The notes under the pieces were generated by a model. It did no database searches. It had not been told where the DNA came from and saw only the letters and a program-made list of their open reading frames with translations. A program made the translations under genes and the position numbers. This document shows, in pieces, positions 1-10,002 of a stretch of 64,000 nucleotides of DNA. Positions within the stretch are counted from its first letter, which is position 1, and each line of letters opens with the position of its first letter. The stretch is from Candidatus Dojkabacteria bacterium (GTDB lineage Bacteria; Patescibacteriota; Dojkabacteria; B142; OLB20), in NCBI GenBank assembly GCA_030583785.1, contig CP129475.1, positions 1,106,209 through 1,170,208 on the forward strand, written 5' to 3'.

Positions 1-406
1 TCCTTTACTTAGTAAAAGAATAGCAAAACGGGTTTTGGCTGTCAGTCAATTTGAACTACTGACCGATTATGGTCTACGCACCCTTTCAGTTAGAGATAAA
101 AGCTATAAGGGACATTACCATGGGAATCAAAAAGAGCGAGATCAAGCCTATCACCAGGGAACAATTTGGCCATTTCTTCTGGGACTCTATGTAAAGGCTT
201 ATCTTAATGTGCATTCTCATAGTCAAAAAGCAAAAAAAGAAATGCAGGCTCTTCTCTCTAAGTTCGAAAAGAAGCTGGTAGCGGATGGGGAAGATTATAT
301 TGCAGAAATTTATGACCCAAATACAATGAAGCCTGATGGATGTATTTCACAGGCATGGAGTGCTGCAACTATTCTAGAAGCGCATTATCTGGTAAATAAA
401 AAATGA
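1..406 (+). CDS. C-terminal fragment (continues upstream of window) of an amylo-alpha-1,6-glucosidase / glycogen-debranching-enzyme-like six-hairpin glycosidase
   Basis: Frame 2 is open from position 2, so the TTG at 35 is probably internal. The 'GTIWPFLLGLYVKAY' region resembles the GDE_C family. The gene is overlapped by 4 nt with the next CDS. Confidence 0.45.
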   Translation, partial: PLLSKRIAKRVLAVSQFELLTDYGLRTLSVRDKSYKGHYHGNQKERDQAYHQGTIWPFLLGLYVKAYLNVHSHSQKAKKEMQALLSKFEKKLVADGEDYIAEIYDPNTMKPDGCISQAWSAATILEAHYLVNKK

Positions 407-2463
407 GTACAACACTTGTCCTTGGAAACAGCTCAATGTTAGTAAATATAAATCACGAAATGAAGATGAGTGATTTGTATTGGCCAAATGTCGGTCAGGA
501 AAACCATTTAAATAAGACTGTAAATGATCTCTATCTTTGGGTAGATGGTTCTCTTCATAATATTAACGAATGGGATTGTCATAGCATATACGAGAAAAAT
601 TCTCTGGTTGGGATAAGTAAGTTAACTAATAAGCAACTGAATGTTGATATCGAGGTACAAGAAGCAGTTCTTCATAACCAAGATGCACATATTAGAATTT
701 TCAAGTTAGTAAATAATTCCAACCTAGAAAGGCGAATAAGACTTTTTGCTTTGCAGAGATTTCATGTCAAAGAAACAGATATTGGAGATACCTGTCTATG
801 GTACCCGCCAGCAAATGCAATGGTTCATTACAAGAAGGATAGATACATTGCTACAGCGACGAGTGTAAAGTTATATCAGTTCACTTGTGCAGCTCCAGAC
901 GACAACGAAGGTAAAGGGGCAATGCCAGATTCGAACGGTGAACTGAAATTCAATCAAATCGCTACCGGAGAAGTTGAATCTTCTATTTCGATAGAAAGAA
1001 TAATTCAAGCAGATACATCGGTATACATAGACCTGATTACGGTTTGTGGACATTGTTTCGATGATGTCCAGAGGGACTTAGAAAGTATTAGAGACAAAGG
1101 ATCTTTGGAACTGATCAAAGAAACAAATGAATATTGGAAGAGTTTTATCAAGAATATTGAAGACAACTTGTCGATAAGTAATCTGCAAATCTTTCCTGAT
1201 GAAAACGATAACAAAAAACTGATAGATATGTTTTATCGATCTCAGTTAATTATTCGGACACAAACCGACAAAAATGGTGCAATTATCGCCGCAAATGACT
1301 CTACTTACTTAAAGGAGGGCGGGAAAGACAGTTATGCGTACTTTTGGCCAAGAGATGCAGCCTTTGCTGCAAAGGCTCTTATTGACAGTGGTGATATTAA
1401 AATCGCCAAGAATTATATCGAGTATTGCGCAAATTTAATTGATCCTCGTGGATTCTTGTTACACCGATATTATTCTCAGTCTCAGAGTGGACTTGCTTCT
1501 AGCTGGCATCCTTGGATAGGTAACGATGGGAGCTATCAGCTTCCCATACAAATTGATGAAACAGCTTTGATGCTGACTATTGCAGAATCAATTATTAAGT
1601 CAGAATCAAACCGTGATTGGATAAAACAATACTGGACTAAGCTGATAAAGCCGGCAGCAGATTTTTTGGTGGATTACCGCTTTAATTCTACGCAAGAAAT
1701 TCCTCAGAAATTTAATGATCATATTGAAGGGTTCATATTTTCCGATAAAGGATTTGATACAGGAGCTTTTTCTATAGAAGTTAGTGGTCTTCCCAGATTG
1801 TCATATGATATTTGGGAGGTACGCCAAGGAGTATTTTGCTATTCTACTGCAGCTGTATATGCAGGGTTGTTAGCGGCTTCTGCTGTGGCAATGGAGATCG
1901 GAGAGTTGGATCATTCGGTCAGATTCAGACAAGTAGCAAGAAAGATAAGAGCCAAAGCAAACGAACTATTTATTGATAAAGAGAGAAAGCTAATCTCCGC
2001 AGGTATTTTTATTAATCATCAGACAGGAAAATTAGAAAGCGAAAAAGGTGCAGATGCTTCTGTACTTCTTGCTTTAAAACTAAATCTATTTGAAGTTGAT
2101 GAAGAAATCATTTTAAATACTGTTCGCTTTATCGAAGAGAAGCTCTGGTTGCAAACAGATATTGGTGGTTTAGCCAGAAAAGAAAGTGACTGGTATTTAA
2201 GAGTAGACAATGAATTACCAGGAAACCCATGGTTCATAACCACCGCATGGTTGGCGGAGTTTTGGGCAAGTAGAGGAAATATAGCCAAGGTTCAACGCTA
2301 TACAAAATGGATAATGGATCACGCAGATATTACTGGACTAATTGCCGAACAAGCTCATCCGTATAATGGTTATGGAATCTCTGTAAAGCCTTTGACTTGG
2401 TCACATACTGAAGTCATAAATGTGGTAAACACCATTTTGAAACTTGATGTTAAGCACTTGTAG
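403..2463 (+). CDS. glycoside hydrolase family 15-like (glucoamylase/glucodextranase-type) enzyme
   Basis: 686 aa with a 'YFWPRDAAFAAKALIDSGD' motif typical of GH15 (alpha/alpha)6 barrel enzymes. It sits in an alpha-glucan gene cluster. Confidence 0.55.
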   Translation: MSTTLVLGNSSMLVNINHEMKMSDLYWPNVGQENHLNKTVNDLYLWVDGSLHNINEWDCHSIYEKNSLVGISKLTNKQLNVDIEVQEAVLHNQDAHIRIFKLVNNSNLERRIRLFALQRFHVKETDIGDTCLWYPPANAMVHYKKDRYIATATSVKLYQFTCAAPDDNEGKGAMPDSNGELKFNQIATGEVESSISIERIIQADTSVYIDLITVCGHCFDDVQRDLESIRDKGSLELIKETNEYWKSFIKNIEDNLSISNLQIFPDENDNKKLIDMFYRSQLIIRTQTDKNGAIIAANDSTYLKEGGKDSYAYFWPRDAAFAAKALIDSGDIKIAKNYIEYCANLIDPRGFLLHRYYSQSQSGLASSWHPWIGNDGSYQLPIQIDETALMLTIAESIIKSESNRDWIKQYWTKLIKPAADFLVDYRFNSTQEIPQKFNDHIEGFIFSDKGFDTGAFSIEVSGLPRLSYDIWEVRQGVFCYSTAAVYAGLLAASAVAMEIGELDHSVRFRQVARKIRAKANELFIDKERKLISAGIFINHQTGKLESEKGADASVLLALKLNLFEVDEEIILNTVRFIEEKLWLQTDIGGLARKESDWYLRVDNELPGNPWFITTAWLAEFWASRGNIAKVQRYTKWIMDHADITGLIAEQAHPYNGYGISVKPLTWSHTEVINVVNTILKLDVKHL

Positions 2464-2465
2464 AC

Positions 2466-3881
2466 CTAATCAAGGTTGTGAAGATTGACGACTGTAAGTT
2501 TTCCTCGTGTCATTAGCTCTAGTGTTTCGATAGTTCCTTGCATGAATTGACCAGAGTCGTTGACCCCACCGAATGGGAAATTATCTGGACCTCTGTCTGT
2601 TCTGGCATTTATCTGAACTGTTCCGACTTCAAGTTTTGAGGAAATTCTGAAAGCTTCGTCAATGTCTTGACTATAGACGCTTGCCTGTAAGCCATATTTT
2701 AATTCTGCATGAACTTTAATGGCTTCTTGTTCGTCTTTAACGCGAATAATTGGCAGAACTGGACCAAACTGTTCTTCGCTAAATATTCGCATTTCAGGAC
2801 TTATTTTATCAATAATGCTTGCCTGCCAATGATTTTTTGATCTTTGCCCAGAGAGAGCAAGATGAGCTCCTTTTTCAGTCGCATCTGTAATTAGCTCACC
2901 AATGTAATCAGCTGATGCTTCGTCGATCATAGGATTAAGATCCAGCAAAGCTGATTTTTCAACAAGTTTATCTCTGAGTTTGTCTGCAATTCCATCGTAA
3001 GCAATGACGATTTTTTGTGCAGTACATCTTTGCCCACAATAAGAAAAACCGCCTGAAACAATTTCTGAAGTTGCGACTTCTATGTCTGAATTATTTGTGA
3101 CAATAGCAGCGTCTTTCCCCCCAAGCTCTAAAAGCAAGGGAATACCGGTTGAGATTTTCCCGATATGTCTACCAACACCCGTGCTTCCTGTAAAGGCGAT
3201 AAGCTTAATTCGTTCGTCTGTTATTAATACATCTCCAATTTCTGAAGAGCTTCCGGTGACGATATTTAGTACCCCGTCAGGAAGGCCTGCTTCAAAGAAC
3301 TTGCTATAGAACGCAGTGGCAGAGAAACTACCTTGCGTTGCAGGTTTGAAAACAACTGTATTGCCAGCAAGAATTGCCGGTGCGATCTTCGTTATGGATA
3401 GATTTATCGGATAATTAAACGAAGAAATTGCCAGAATCACTCCCAAGGGTTCTCGTGTATAGAGACCTGTTTTTCTCATTCTTTCGTATTGTCCGGTTAT
3501 GTCCCCATAATACAATCGACCAGTTTGCTGAGCTAGCGCTTGCATAACAAGCTTAATGTAGCCAATCGACCGATTAATTTCGCTTTCTGCATCTTTTGGG
3601 AATTTTCCGATTTCTTTGCTTAGGACTTGAGCAAGTTCATCTTTGCTTTCAATAAGTCGTGCAATAATTTTTTCAAATATTTCTAATCTTGCAGATAGAG
3701 ATGTATTTCTCCAGGTTAAAAATGAATTTGCGGCCATGTCTATAGCTAACGTTGCTTGTTTGGCAGAGGCTGCCTGAACTTGCGCAAATGGATTAAGGTC
3801 CCAGGGTGAATTGAGAGTGATAGTCTTTCCGTTTTCGGATTCCTGCCAGTCGGATCCTATTTTTAGATGAGCGGTTTGCAT
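2466..3881 (-). CDS. aldehyde dehydrogenase family protein, probably non-phosphorylating NADP-dependent glyceraldehyde-3-phosphate dehydrogenase (GapN-like)
   Basis: 471 aa with the ALDH signature 'LELGGKD' and the catalytic-Cys region 'FSYCGQRCTA'. Length is typical of GapN. Confidence 0.7.
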   Translation of the reverse strand: MQTAHLKIGSDWQESENGKTITLNSPWDLNPFAQVQAASAKQATLAIDMAANSFLTWRNTSLSARLEIFEKIIARLIESKDELAQVLSKEIGKFPKDAESEINRSIGYIKLVMQALAQQTGRLYYGDITGQYERMRKTGLYTREPLGVILAISSFNYPINLSITKIAPAILAGNTVVFKPATQGSFSATAFYSKFFEAGLPDGVLNIVTGSSSEIGDVLITDERIKLIAFTGSTGVGRHIGKISTGIPLLLELGGKDAAIVTNNSDIEVATSEIVSGGFSYCGQRCTAQKIVIAYDGIADKLRDKLVEKSALLDLNPMIDEASADYIGELITDATEKGAHLALSGQRSKNHWQASIIDKISPEMRIFSEEQFGPVLPIIRVKDEQEAIKVHAELKYGLQASVYSQDIDEAFRISSKLEVGTVQINARTDRGPDNFPFGGVNDSGQFMQGTIETLELMTRGKLTVVNLHNLD

Positions 3882-3992
3882 ATTTATTCTTTAACTAATT
3901 TATACTAGCAGTTAAGGTTTCAACCAACAACAAATTTTTTACTTATAATTTGTTTCAATATTTGTTAGAGTAAATAATACTTAATCTGCCCG

Positions 3993-6900
3993 ATGGAAGA
4001 TACGATTTTTCGTGCATATGATGTTAGAGGCACGGTCCCAGATCAATTGAATACTCAAGTTGCTTATGCGGTTGCCAAGGCATATTTCGAAATAACTCCT
4101 GGATCAAATTTCATTATCGGTTACGACATGAGAGAATCCTCTCTCCCGTTTGCCAGAGCTTTTGCTAAGGCCGCACAAGATATGGGAAGAAGCCTGGTAA
4201 GTCTTGGCAGAACAACAACGGATATGCTTTATTTTGGTCTTGGCAGTAAAAACTTTGATGGTGGAATAATGATTACCGCTTCACATAATCCCAAACATTG
4301 GAACGGAATCAAATTAATGAGCAAAGGTGTTGTTCCTATAGATATGAATCAGCTGAGAGTTCGTTATCAAGAAAATAATTTGCAAGTGCAAGAAGCAGAC
4401 ATTAAGTTTAATGAAGAAATTCCAATCGTAAATTATGACAAAGATTTTACAGATTTCATCCTTTCGCTTGTCGATCCAACAACATTCCCGGCTTTAAAGG
4501 TTATTGTTGATGCCGGAAATGGAATGGGAGGATTGCATGCCAGAAAAGTTTTTCAATTGCTACCTATGATTGAAGTAATTGAAATGTATTTTGAACCAAA
4601 TGCGAATTTTCCACATCATCAGGCAAATCCAGTCGTTCCATCCAACACAAAAGAGCTTAGTCAAAAGGTTATTTCAGAAAACGCAGACCTTGGAATTGCT
4701 TTTGATGGAGATGGAGATAGATGTGTCTTTGTAGACGAAAATGGCAATTATGTTTCGCCGCATATTATTCTGGCGATTTTTGCCCGATTTTTTCTGCAAA
4801 GAAGTCCTGGGGCAAAAATCGCCTATGAATACAGAAACATCTACGCTCTTGACTCTGTATTAAAAGAATATCAAGGAGTTGGACTGCCATCAAAAGCTGG
4901 TCATTCATTTTTTAAAGAGCTAATGCACAGAGAAGGTGCAATATTTGGAGGCGAAAGCAGTGCACATTATTATTTTCAGGATACTTTTAATGCAGATAGT
5001 GGCATACTCCCATTTCTTCTTATATTCCAAATACTTGGTACAGAAAAGAAAAAGCTTTCAGAGTTAGTGAACGAGTTCAAGCATAAGTTTTTTAGCAGTG
5101 GTGAACTCAATTTTATTCTGCAGTCAAACAAAACCGTCGAAGAAGTATATCAAGCACTCACTGATTCTTTTCATCCTAAGAGTACAACTATGCCTGACGG
5201 CTTGGTTATTGAATTTGACAATTGGAGACTCAATGCTAGACCTTCGAATACAGAGCCAATGGTTCGTATAAATATAGAAGCCCTATCTGAAAATCAGTTA
5301 GAGGAATCTATAACAAAAGTCCACGAAGTGATGGGAGATTTTGCAATCTACCTTGGTGATTCTAGTTACTCAACACAAGAAGATTTGCACTCTCCCTTGA
5401 AAGATAGATATTTAAAACTGCTTCAGAATTTGTGGTATACATGGAATCCCCATTATATTCTTCCGATTATCGACCTTTATGGCGATGGTTGGCGAAAAAA
5501 TTCTCCGCCAGGTGAGTTTGCTTCTCAATACGGCAAAAAAAGACTCGATTCCATACTTACCGATAAATCATGGGAGATTGAGCAGAATTTAAGGTTGTTT
5601 GATATGTATATGGATAAAACTATTCCAACTCATTACAAAGCCTTACTCTCAGAAGAAAGATACTTGTTCCTTAAAATACTTGAACAAAAACCAATAGCTT
5701 ACTTTAGTATGGAGTATGGACTTGTTGACTGGCTCCAGATCTATTCTGGTGGACTCGGAGTCTTAGCCGGTGATTACATCAAACAGGCAAGTGATATGGG
5801 GTTACCACTTGTTGCACTGGGTATTTTCTATCATCAAGGATATTTTCATCAAGACTTCAACGAGCATGGTGAGCAGGTAGAAACATATATAGCTCAAAAT
5901 CCAGAAGAATATCCCTTAGAACTACTTAAAGATGAATCGGGTAATCCTGTATATGCAGAAATAGAGATAGTAGATCATATTGTTTATGTTCGAGCATGGA
6001 AGTTAAAAGTCGGCAGAGTAGATCTATACCTTTTGGATACAAATTTCGAGGCAAACGAGCGCTACGAAGATAAAATGATCAGCGCACATCTATACGGAGG
6101 AGATCAAGATACCCGTATTCGTCAAGAAATTCTGCTTGGAATTGGTGGTCCTAGAGTATTAAAACTTCTAGGTATCGAGCCAAGCCTTTATCATATGAAC
6201 GAAGGTCATTCGGGGTTTTTGGTAGTTGAACTTGCAAGAAGGTATATCGAAGAAGGGGGATTAACATTTGAACAGGCAGTTAAGAAAATCGATGATGAAC
6301 TCGTGTTTACAAATCATACACTTAAACAGGCAGGAAACGATATTTTTTCTTACGAACTAATCGAAAAATATTTTGTAACTTATCTAGACAACCTAAAGAC
6401 CGATCTGCCAAAACTTTACGATCTTGGAAAAGATGACCTTTACGCAGAAGGAAATTTCTCTATGACAATACTCGGTTTAAGAAATGCCAAGATCAGCAAT
6501 GCCGTAAGTAAGATTCATGGTCAGGCTGCAGCAAAGCTCTGGCCAGATTATAATCTTGTTCCTGTAACAAATGGCGTGCATATGCCAACTTGGGTTTCCC
6601 CAGAAATACATCAACTTCTTGATGCTTATGTCGGCGAGAATTGGCATATACCAGGATCGGCTGTAGATTTTGAAAAGATACAAATTATTCCCGATTCAGA
6701 GTTATGGCAAGCACATTTTAGAAGGAAAGAGAAACTCATTAACTCGTTAAACAATGAACTTGGACTTGACCTGAAAACAGATGCCTTGACTGTAGCTTGG
6801 TCTAGAAGACTTACAGCATATAAAAGGCCAGATATGATCGTGTCTGACCTAGAAAGATTAAAGCGCTTGGTAGGTAACGAAGATCGCCCTCTGCAGATTC

Positions 6901-7421
6901 TAATATCTGGGAAAGCACACCCGAAAGATACAAATGGAAAAGAGATTCTGGCAAGAATGAACAGAAGCCTTTCTGCCAGTGAATTTAGTAATAAAGTTGT
7001 ACTTTTACCGGGTTATAACTGGCAATTGGCTAGAAGAATAGTCTCTGGTGCAGATGTTTGGCTAAATACTCCATATAGGTTCGAAGAAGCATCAGGAACA
7101 AGCGGCATGAAAGCTGCTGCAAATGGAGTCTTACAGCTTACTACCAGAGATGGATGGACTGACGAGGTAGACTGGTTTAAAAAAGGTTGGGTAATTGATG
7201 AACAACACCCTGTTGATTCTTTGCACGATACGCTAGAATATAAATTAATACCATTGTTCTTTGAGTTGAATGCAAGTAGTTATAATACAGAGTGGGTCAG
7301 TATGATGAAGAACTCAATGCAGTCAGTACTTTACGAGTACTCAACTGAAAGAATGATAATGGAGTATTTATCAAATATTTATGGACCGATTTTAAAAGCA
7401 AAGGACGATGGAGAATCTTGA
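3993..7421 (+). CDS. fusion protein: N-terminal phosphoglucomutase/phosphomannomutase (alpha-D-phosphohexomutase) + C-terminal alpha-glucan (glycogen/maltodextrin) phosphorylase, GT35
   Basis: N-terminal half has the phosphoserine loop 'TASHNPKHWNGIKL' and the 'GDGDRC' Mg site. From about aa 470 there is an 'NLWYTWN' box (archaeal-type glucan phosphorylase N-domain) and the PLP-site motif 'EASGTSGMKAAANG'. It is one uninterrupted 1142-aa ORF. Confidence 0.75.
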   Translation: MEDTIFRAYDVRGTVPDQLNTQVAYAVAKAYFEITPGSNFIIGYDMRESSLPFARAFAKAAQDMGRSLVSLGRTTTDMLYFGLGSKNFDGGIMITASHNPKHWNGIKLMSKGVVPIDMNQLRVRYQENNLQVQEADIKFNEEIPIVNYDKDFTDFILSLVDPTTFPALKVIVDAGNGMGGLHARKVFQLLPMIEVIEMYFEPNANFPHHQANPVVPSNTKELSQKVISENADLGIAFDGDGDRCVFVDENGNYVSPHIILAIFARFFLQRSPGAKIAYEYRNIYALDSVLKEYQGVGLPSKAGHSFFKELMHREGAIFGGESSAHYYFQDTFNADSGILPFLLIFQILGTEKKKLSELVNEFKHKFFSSGELNFILQSNKTVEEVYQALTDSFHPKSTTMPDGLVIEFDNWRLNARPSNTEPMVRINIEALSENQLEESITKVHEVMGDFAIYLGDSSYSTQEDLHSPLKDRYLKLLQNLWYTWNPHYILPIIDLYGDGWRKNSPPGEFASQYGKKRLDSILTDKSWEIEQNLRLFDMYMDKTIPTHYKALLSEERYLFLKILEQKPIAYFSMEYGLVDWLQIYSGGLGVLAGDYIKQASDMGLPLVALGIFYHQGYFHQDFNEHGEQVETYIAQNPEEYPLELLKDESGNPVYAEIEIVDHIVYVRAWKLKVGRVDLYLLDTNFEANERYEDKMISAHLYGGDQDTRIRQEILLGIGGPRVLKLLGIEPSLYHMNEGHSGFLVVELARRYIEEGGLTFEQAVKKIDDELVFTNHTLKQAGNDIFSYELIEKYFVTYLDNLKTDLPKLYDLGKDDLYAEGNFSMTILGLRNAKISNAVSKIHGQAAAKLWPDYNLVPVTNGVHMPTWVSPEIHQLLDAYVGENWHIPGSAVDFEKIQIIPDSELWQAHFRRKEKLINSLNNELGLDLKTDALTVAWSRRLTAYKRPDMIVSDLERLKRLVGNEDRPLQILISGKAHPKDTNGKEILARMNRSLSASEFSNKVVLLPGYNWQLARRIVSGADVWLNTPYRFEEASGTSGMKAAANGVLQLTTRDGWTDEVDWFKKGWVIDEQHPVDSLHDTLEYKLIPLFFELNASSYNTEWVSMMKNSMQSVLYEYSTERMIMEYLSNIYGPILKAKDDGES

Positions 7422-7728
7422 CGATTACAATTCGCCCTGGAAAAGAGCTGCATTTGAATTTGCTCTTGCTATTGCTGTTATTGTTTTGTTCATATTAATT
7501 GGTATTGCAGCTTACAATGCTGTACAAGAAGAAATTAGGCAACAGCAGTTGATTGGCGGCGAGCTATTAAAAAAGTGCCAGCAAGTTTATCTTGTAGATG
7601 TATATCCATATAACCAAAGTAGTAATATTGATAGAGCAAAATTAGAAGAATTCTATCGTATGAATCGTGAGTGTAGAATATTCAACCTTACAGACCTAGA
7701 CCCCATCTTCCTCAGGAATGTCCAATAA
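7408..7728 (+). CDS. small membrane protein, hypothetical
   Basis: 106 aa with one clear TM helix ('FALAIAVIVLFILIGIAAY'). It overlaps the preceding gene end by 14 nt. Confidence 0.35.
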   Translation: MENLDDYNSPWKRAAFEFALAIAVIVLFILIGIAAYNAVQEEIRQQQLIGGELLKKCQQVYLVDVYPYNQSSNIDRAKLEEFYRMNRECRIFNLTDLDPIFLRNVQ

Positions 7729-7826
7729 GATTCCGAAATAATACGGACAACTTAATTACTAAAAATCTGTCCGCATTTCAACTACACCCAGAATAGACTG
7801 CATCGAATTTTGGCTAGATAGTTTGG

Positions 7827-9482
7827 GTGTTTTTGACCGAATCTTTAGCTTTAGATATTGCTTTATGCATGGTTATTGGTGTAATCTGTATTGCGATGAC
7901 AGAGATAATAAACCCTGAACAAATAATTGCAGAAGAAAGGTTCCGAAACGAGTTAGGTAGTCGTATCGATTTCTTGATTGCTAATCAATCAGGCTCCGTA
8001 ACTGCAGAAGATCTTCTCAGACGAGGGATGAGAATTGACCCATCAGAAATCCCTAACCCCATAGAAATGTCACCTCCTTTCAGGCAACAAGAGATAATTG
8101 AAGTAGATAGAATCCCCGGGATCATTGTTATGACAGATACTCATTTAATGCCGCAGAATGAAGAAACTCCTTCTTCGACAAAAAGAACAGGTTACGGACT
8201 ATGGAGAATTCCTGCATTTAGAAACGGATCAAGGCTAGTAGATAATGCAAGTTGGTGGGCTCTTCGTCAATTAGCAAAACCCATAGAATCTGCCCTTTCC
8301 GGTGATGATGGAGCAGATGTCATTTTTCATGCTGGTGATGCAATTGACAGTTACACAACTGGGTCGTTTCTAAGTGCTATGGGAGATCTAGAATCATATG
8401 TACAGAAACGCTTTCAAAATGCAGATCGAAACGGTAGAGCTGGCTATTATAGTGTAGGCGAAGGTAATCACGAAAAAGCTTATCAAGGACCAGATCTGAT
8501 TGCCGGTTACGCTGGCCTAAAAGGTTCTATGCTTTCAGAAGAAAGCTTTACTCTTATTGTAAATGCAATAAAATCGGGAATTAGTATTAAGGCAATTGCT
8601 TCAGCTTTTTCTGCCGCAGGAAAAGAAGTTGATATCTCAGATCCAATAATTCATCCTGCAATGCGTTGGTATATTTTTAGACTTGTGACAGGCCCTGAGG
8701 TCGGAATGTTCCAGGCTAAACAAGACGAGGCGAATCATTCTATGGCCTTTTTAAACTCAGAGTTTAACGGACCTGGATGTACATTGCTTGATCTAGAGGA
8801 AAGCTTAAGAAGGATCGGCCTCTTTGATACAAGTATTGGTCAAGAGGTGTTAGAAACCTATAAAGATGATTTTCTTAGACAGGAACGAGTTATTGATTCA
8901 CTCTTGAATGAGCTAATAAATGATGGTGATCATAAGGCAACGGTATACGCTCATAATCCTGTCCGAATGCAAGAAATTCTCGCTGGTGAAATGTTTGCTA
9001 AGCTTGTCAAACACTCCGAGACTGTAGCTTTCGAAGATGTAATGTCCCTTGTACAGGATCGTATCCTAGTAATTGGCGGGCACTACCATTTTGAACCAAA
9101 AAAGGCTGAGAGACGAAAAGGTGTAAGAGTATTAAGTGCCATCTCCAGACAATTAATGGGGCCGTTAGCCATGAAGCCTGCGGAATATCCTTCGATATTT
9201 GGAAGCGAGGGTAGACTTCAAATTATTCTTGGAGCTGTCGAAGTTATCCTCAGGCAAGGAACTTTTCAAACATATCCCAAAGGCGATAAAGCAGAAATCT
9301 TAATTGGTTCTGCAGATGATCCAAGAAGTGTATTTGTTGACGCCGAGGATATTATGTCAACATTTAATAGTCTGAAAAGAAAGTCCTTCGTGAACCGCGC
9401 TGGACAGATGTTAAAGAGAATCAATATATATGCCGGAGGCGGGGATCGAACCCGCACGGCTGTTAAGGCCAAAGGATTTTAA
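7827..9482 (+). CDS. hypothetical protein (551 aa)
   Basis: Long ORF with an N-terminal TM segment and no motif I recognise. Its last ~17 codons are a read-through of the antisense strand of tRNA-Leu. Confidence 0.4.
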   Translation: MFLTESLALDIALCMVIGVICIAMTEIINPEQIIAEERFRNELGSRIDFLIANQSGSVTAEDLLRRGMRIDPSEIPNPIEMSPPFRQQEIIEVDRIPGIIVMTDTHLMPQNEETPSSTKRTGYGLWRIPAFRNGSRLVDNASWWALRQLAKPIESALSGDDGADVIFHAGDAIDSYTTGSFLSAMGDLESYVQKRFQNADRNGRAGYYSVGEGNHEKAYQGPDLIAGYAGLKGSMLSEESFTLIVNAIKSGISIKAIASAFSAAGKEVDISDPIIHPAMRWYIFRLVTGPEVGMFQAKQDEANHSMAFLNSEFNGPGCTLLDLEESLRRIGLFDTSIGQEVLETYKDDFLRQERVIDSLLNELINDGDHKATVYAHNPVRMQEILAGEMFAKLVKHSETVAFEDVMSLVQDRILVIGGHYHFEPKKAERRKGVRVLSAISRQLMGPLAMKPAEYPSIFGSEGRLQIILGAVEVILRQGTFQTYPKGDKAEILIGSADDPRSVFVDAEDIMSTFNSLKRKSFVNRAGQMLKRINIYAGGGDRTRTAVKAKGF

Positions 9483-9514
9483 GTCCTTCGTGTCTACCAT
9501 TCCACCACCCCGGC
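9430..9514 (-). tRNA. tRNA-Leu (anticodon TAA), type II with long variable arm
   Basis: Hand-folded from the reverse complement: acceptor GCCGGGG/CTCCGGC, anticodon stem AAGGA/TCCTT, loop CTTAAAA, T-arm GCGGG-TTCGATC-CCCGC. No CCA is encoded. Confidence 0.8.
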
Positions 9515-9541
9515 AATTAATCTTTTTTTGATTTTCAAGTA

Positions 9542-9615
9542 AGGTGACGGCGGGATTCGAACCCGCGCGTAAGGGTTTTGCAGACCCTGGCCTTAACCAG
9601 CTTGGCTACGTCACC
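9542..9615 (-). tRNA. tRNA-Cys (anticodon GCA)
   Basis: Reverse complement folds with acceptor GGTGACG/CGTCACC, anticodon stem AGGGT/ACCCT, loop CTGCAAA and T-loop TTCGAAT. Confidence 0.8.
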
Positions 9616-9678
9616 TCAGCATGGGAATTGTAGCAGAAAATTACTTTCGATATAAGTCCTGTTTGAGAATTGGTCTTG

Positions 9679-10002
9679 TTAAACAGATTCCAAAAAAAGA
9701 ATATCTGCATCCATCTGGTTAAAGATTTCGCTTTCTTGAAAATCTTCTATGATAAGTTCGTCTATCTGCGTTATTGTTAAACCAATCTCCTCATGACTGG
9801 TCGATATTGTTCCAGGATCAGAAAATAGATTGATTACAAAAAACAAACAAGCAAATCCGAAAAACAGATAGCTCAGTATTTCGAGCAAAGGCTTATTTTT
9901 GTTAAAGGAAGCAAATGCTCGCTTTTCAATATTTGAAAGCTCTTCAGCTGGTATATCCTTTTGCCTTAACATATCTTCAATATATTTATCTGCTTTATTC
10001 AT
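9679..10002 (-). CDS. putative anti-sigma factor / small membrane protein
   Basis: 107 aa with a single TM helix, immediately downstream of an ECF sigma gene with the stop and start overlapping. Confidence 0.4.
   Translation of the reverse strand: MNKADKYIEDMLRQKDIPAEELSNIEKRAFASFNKNKPLLEILSYLFFGFACLFFVINLFSDPGTISTSHEEIGLTITQIDELIIEDFQESEIFNQMDADILFLESV

Noticed and set aside
871-3309. Short antisense ORFs 871..1053, 1005..1214, 2019..2288 (-) and 3082..3309 (+)
   Set aside because: They are embedded in the opposite strand of well-supported long genes (GH15, ALDH) and have odd composition. They are spurious.
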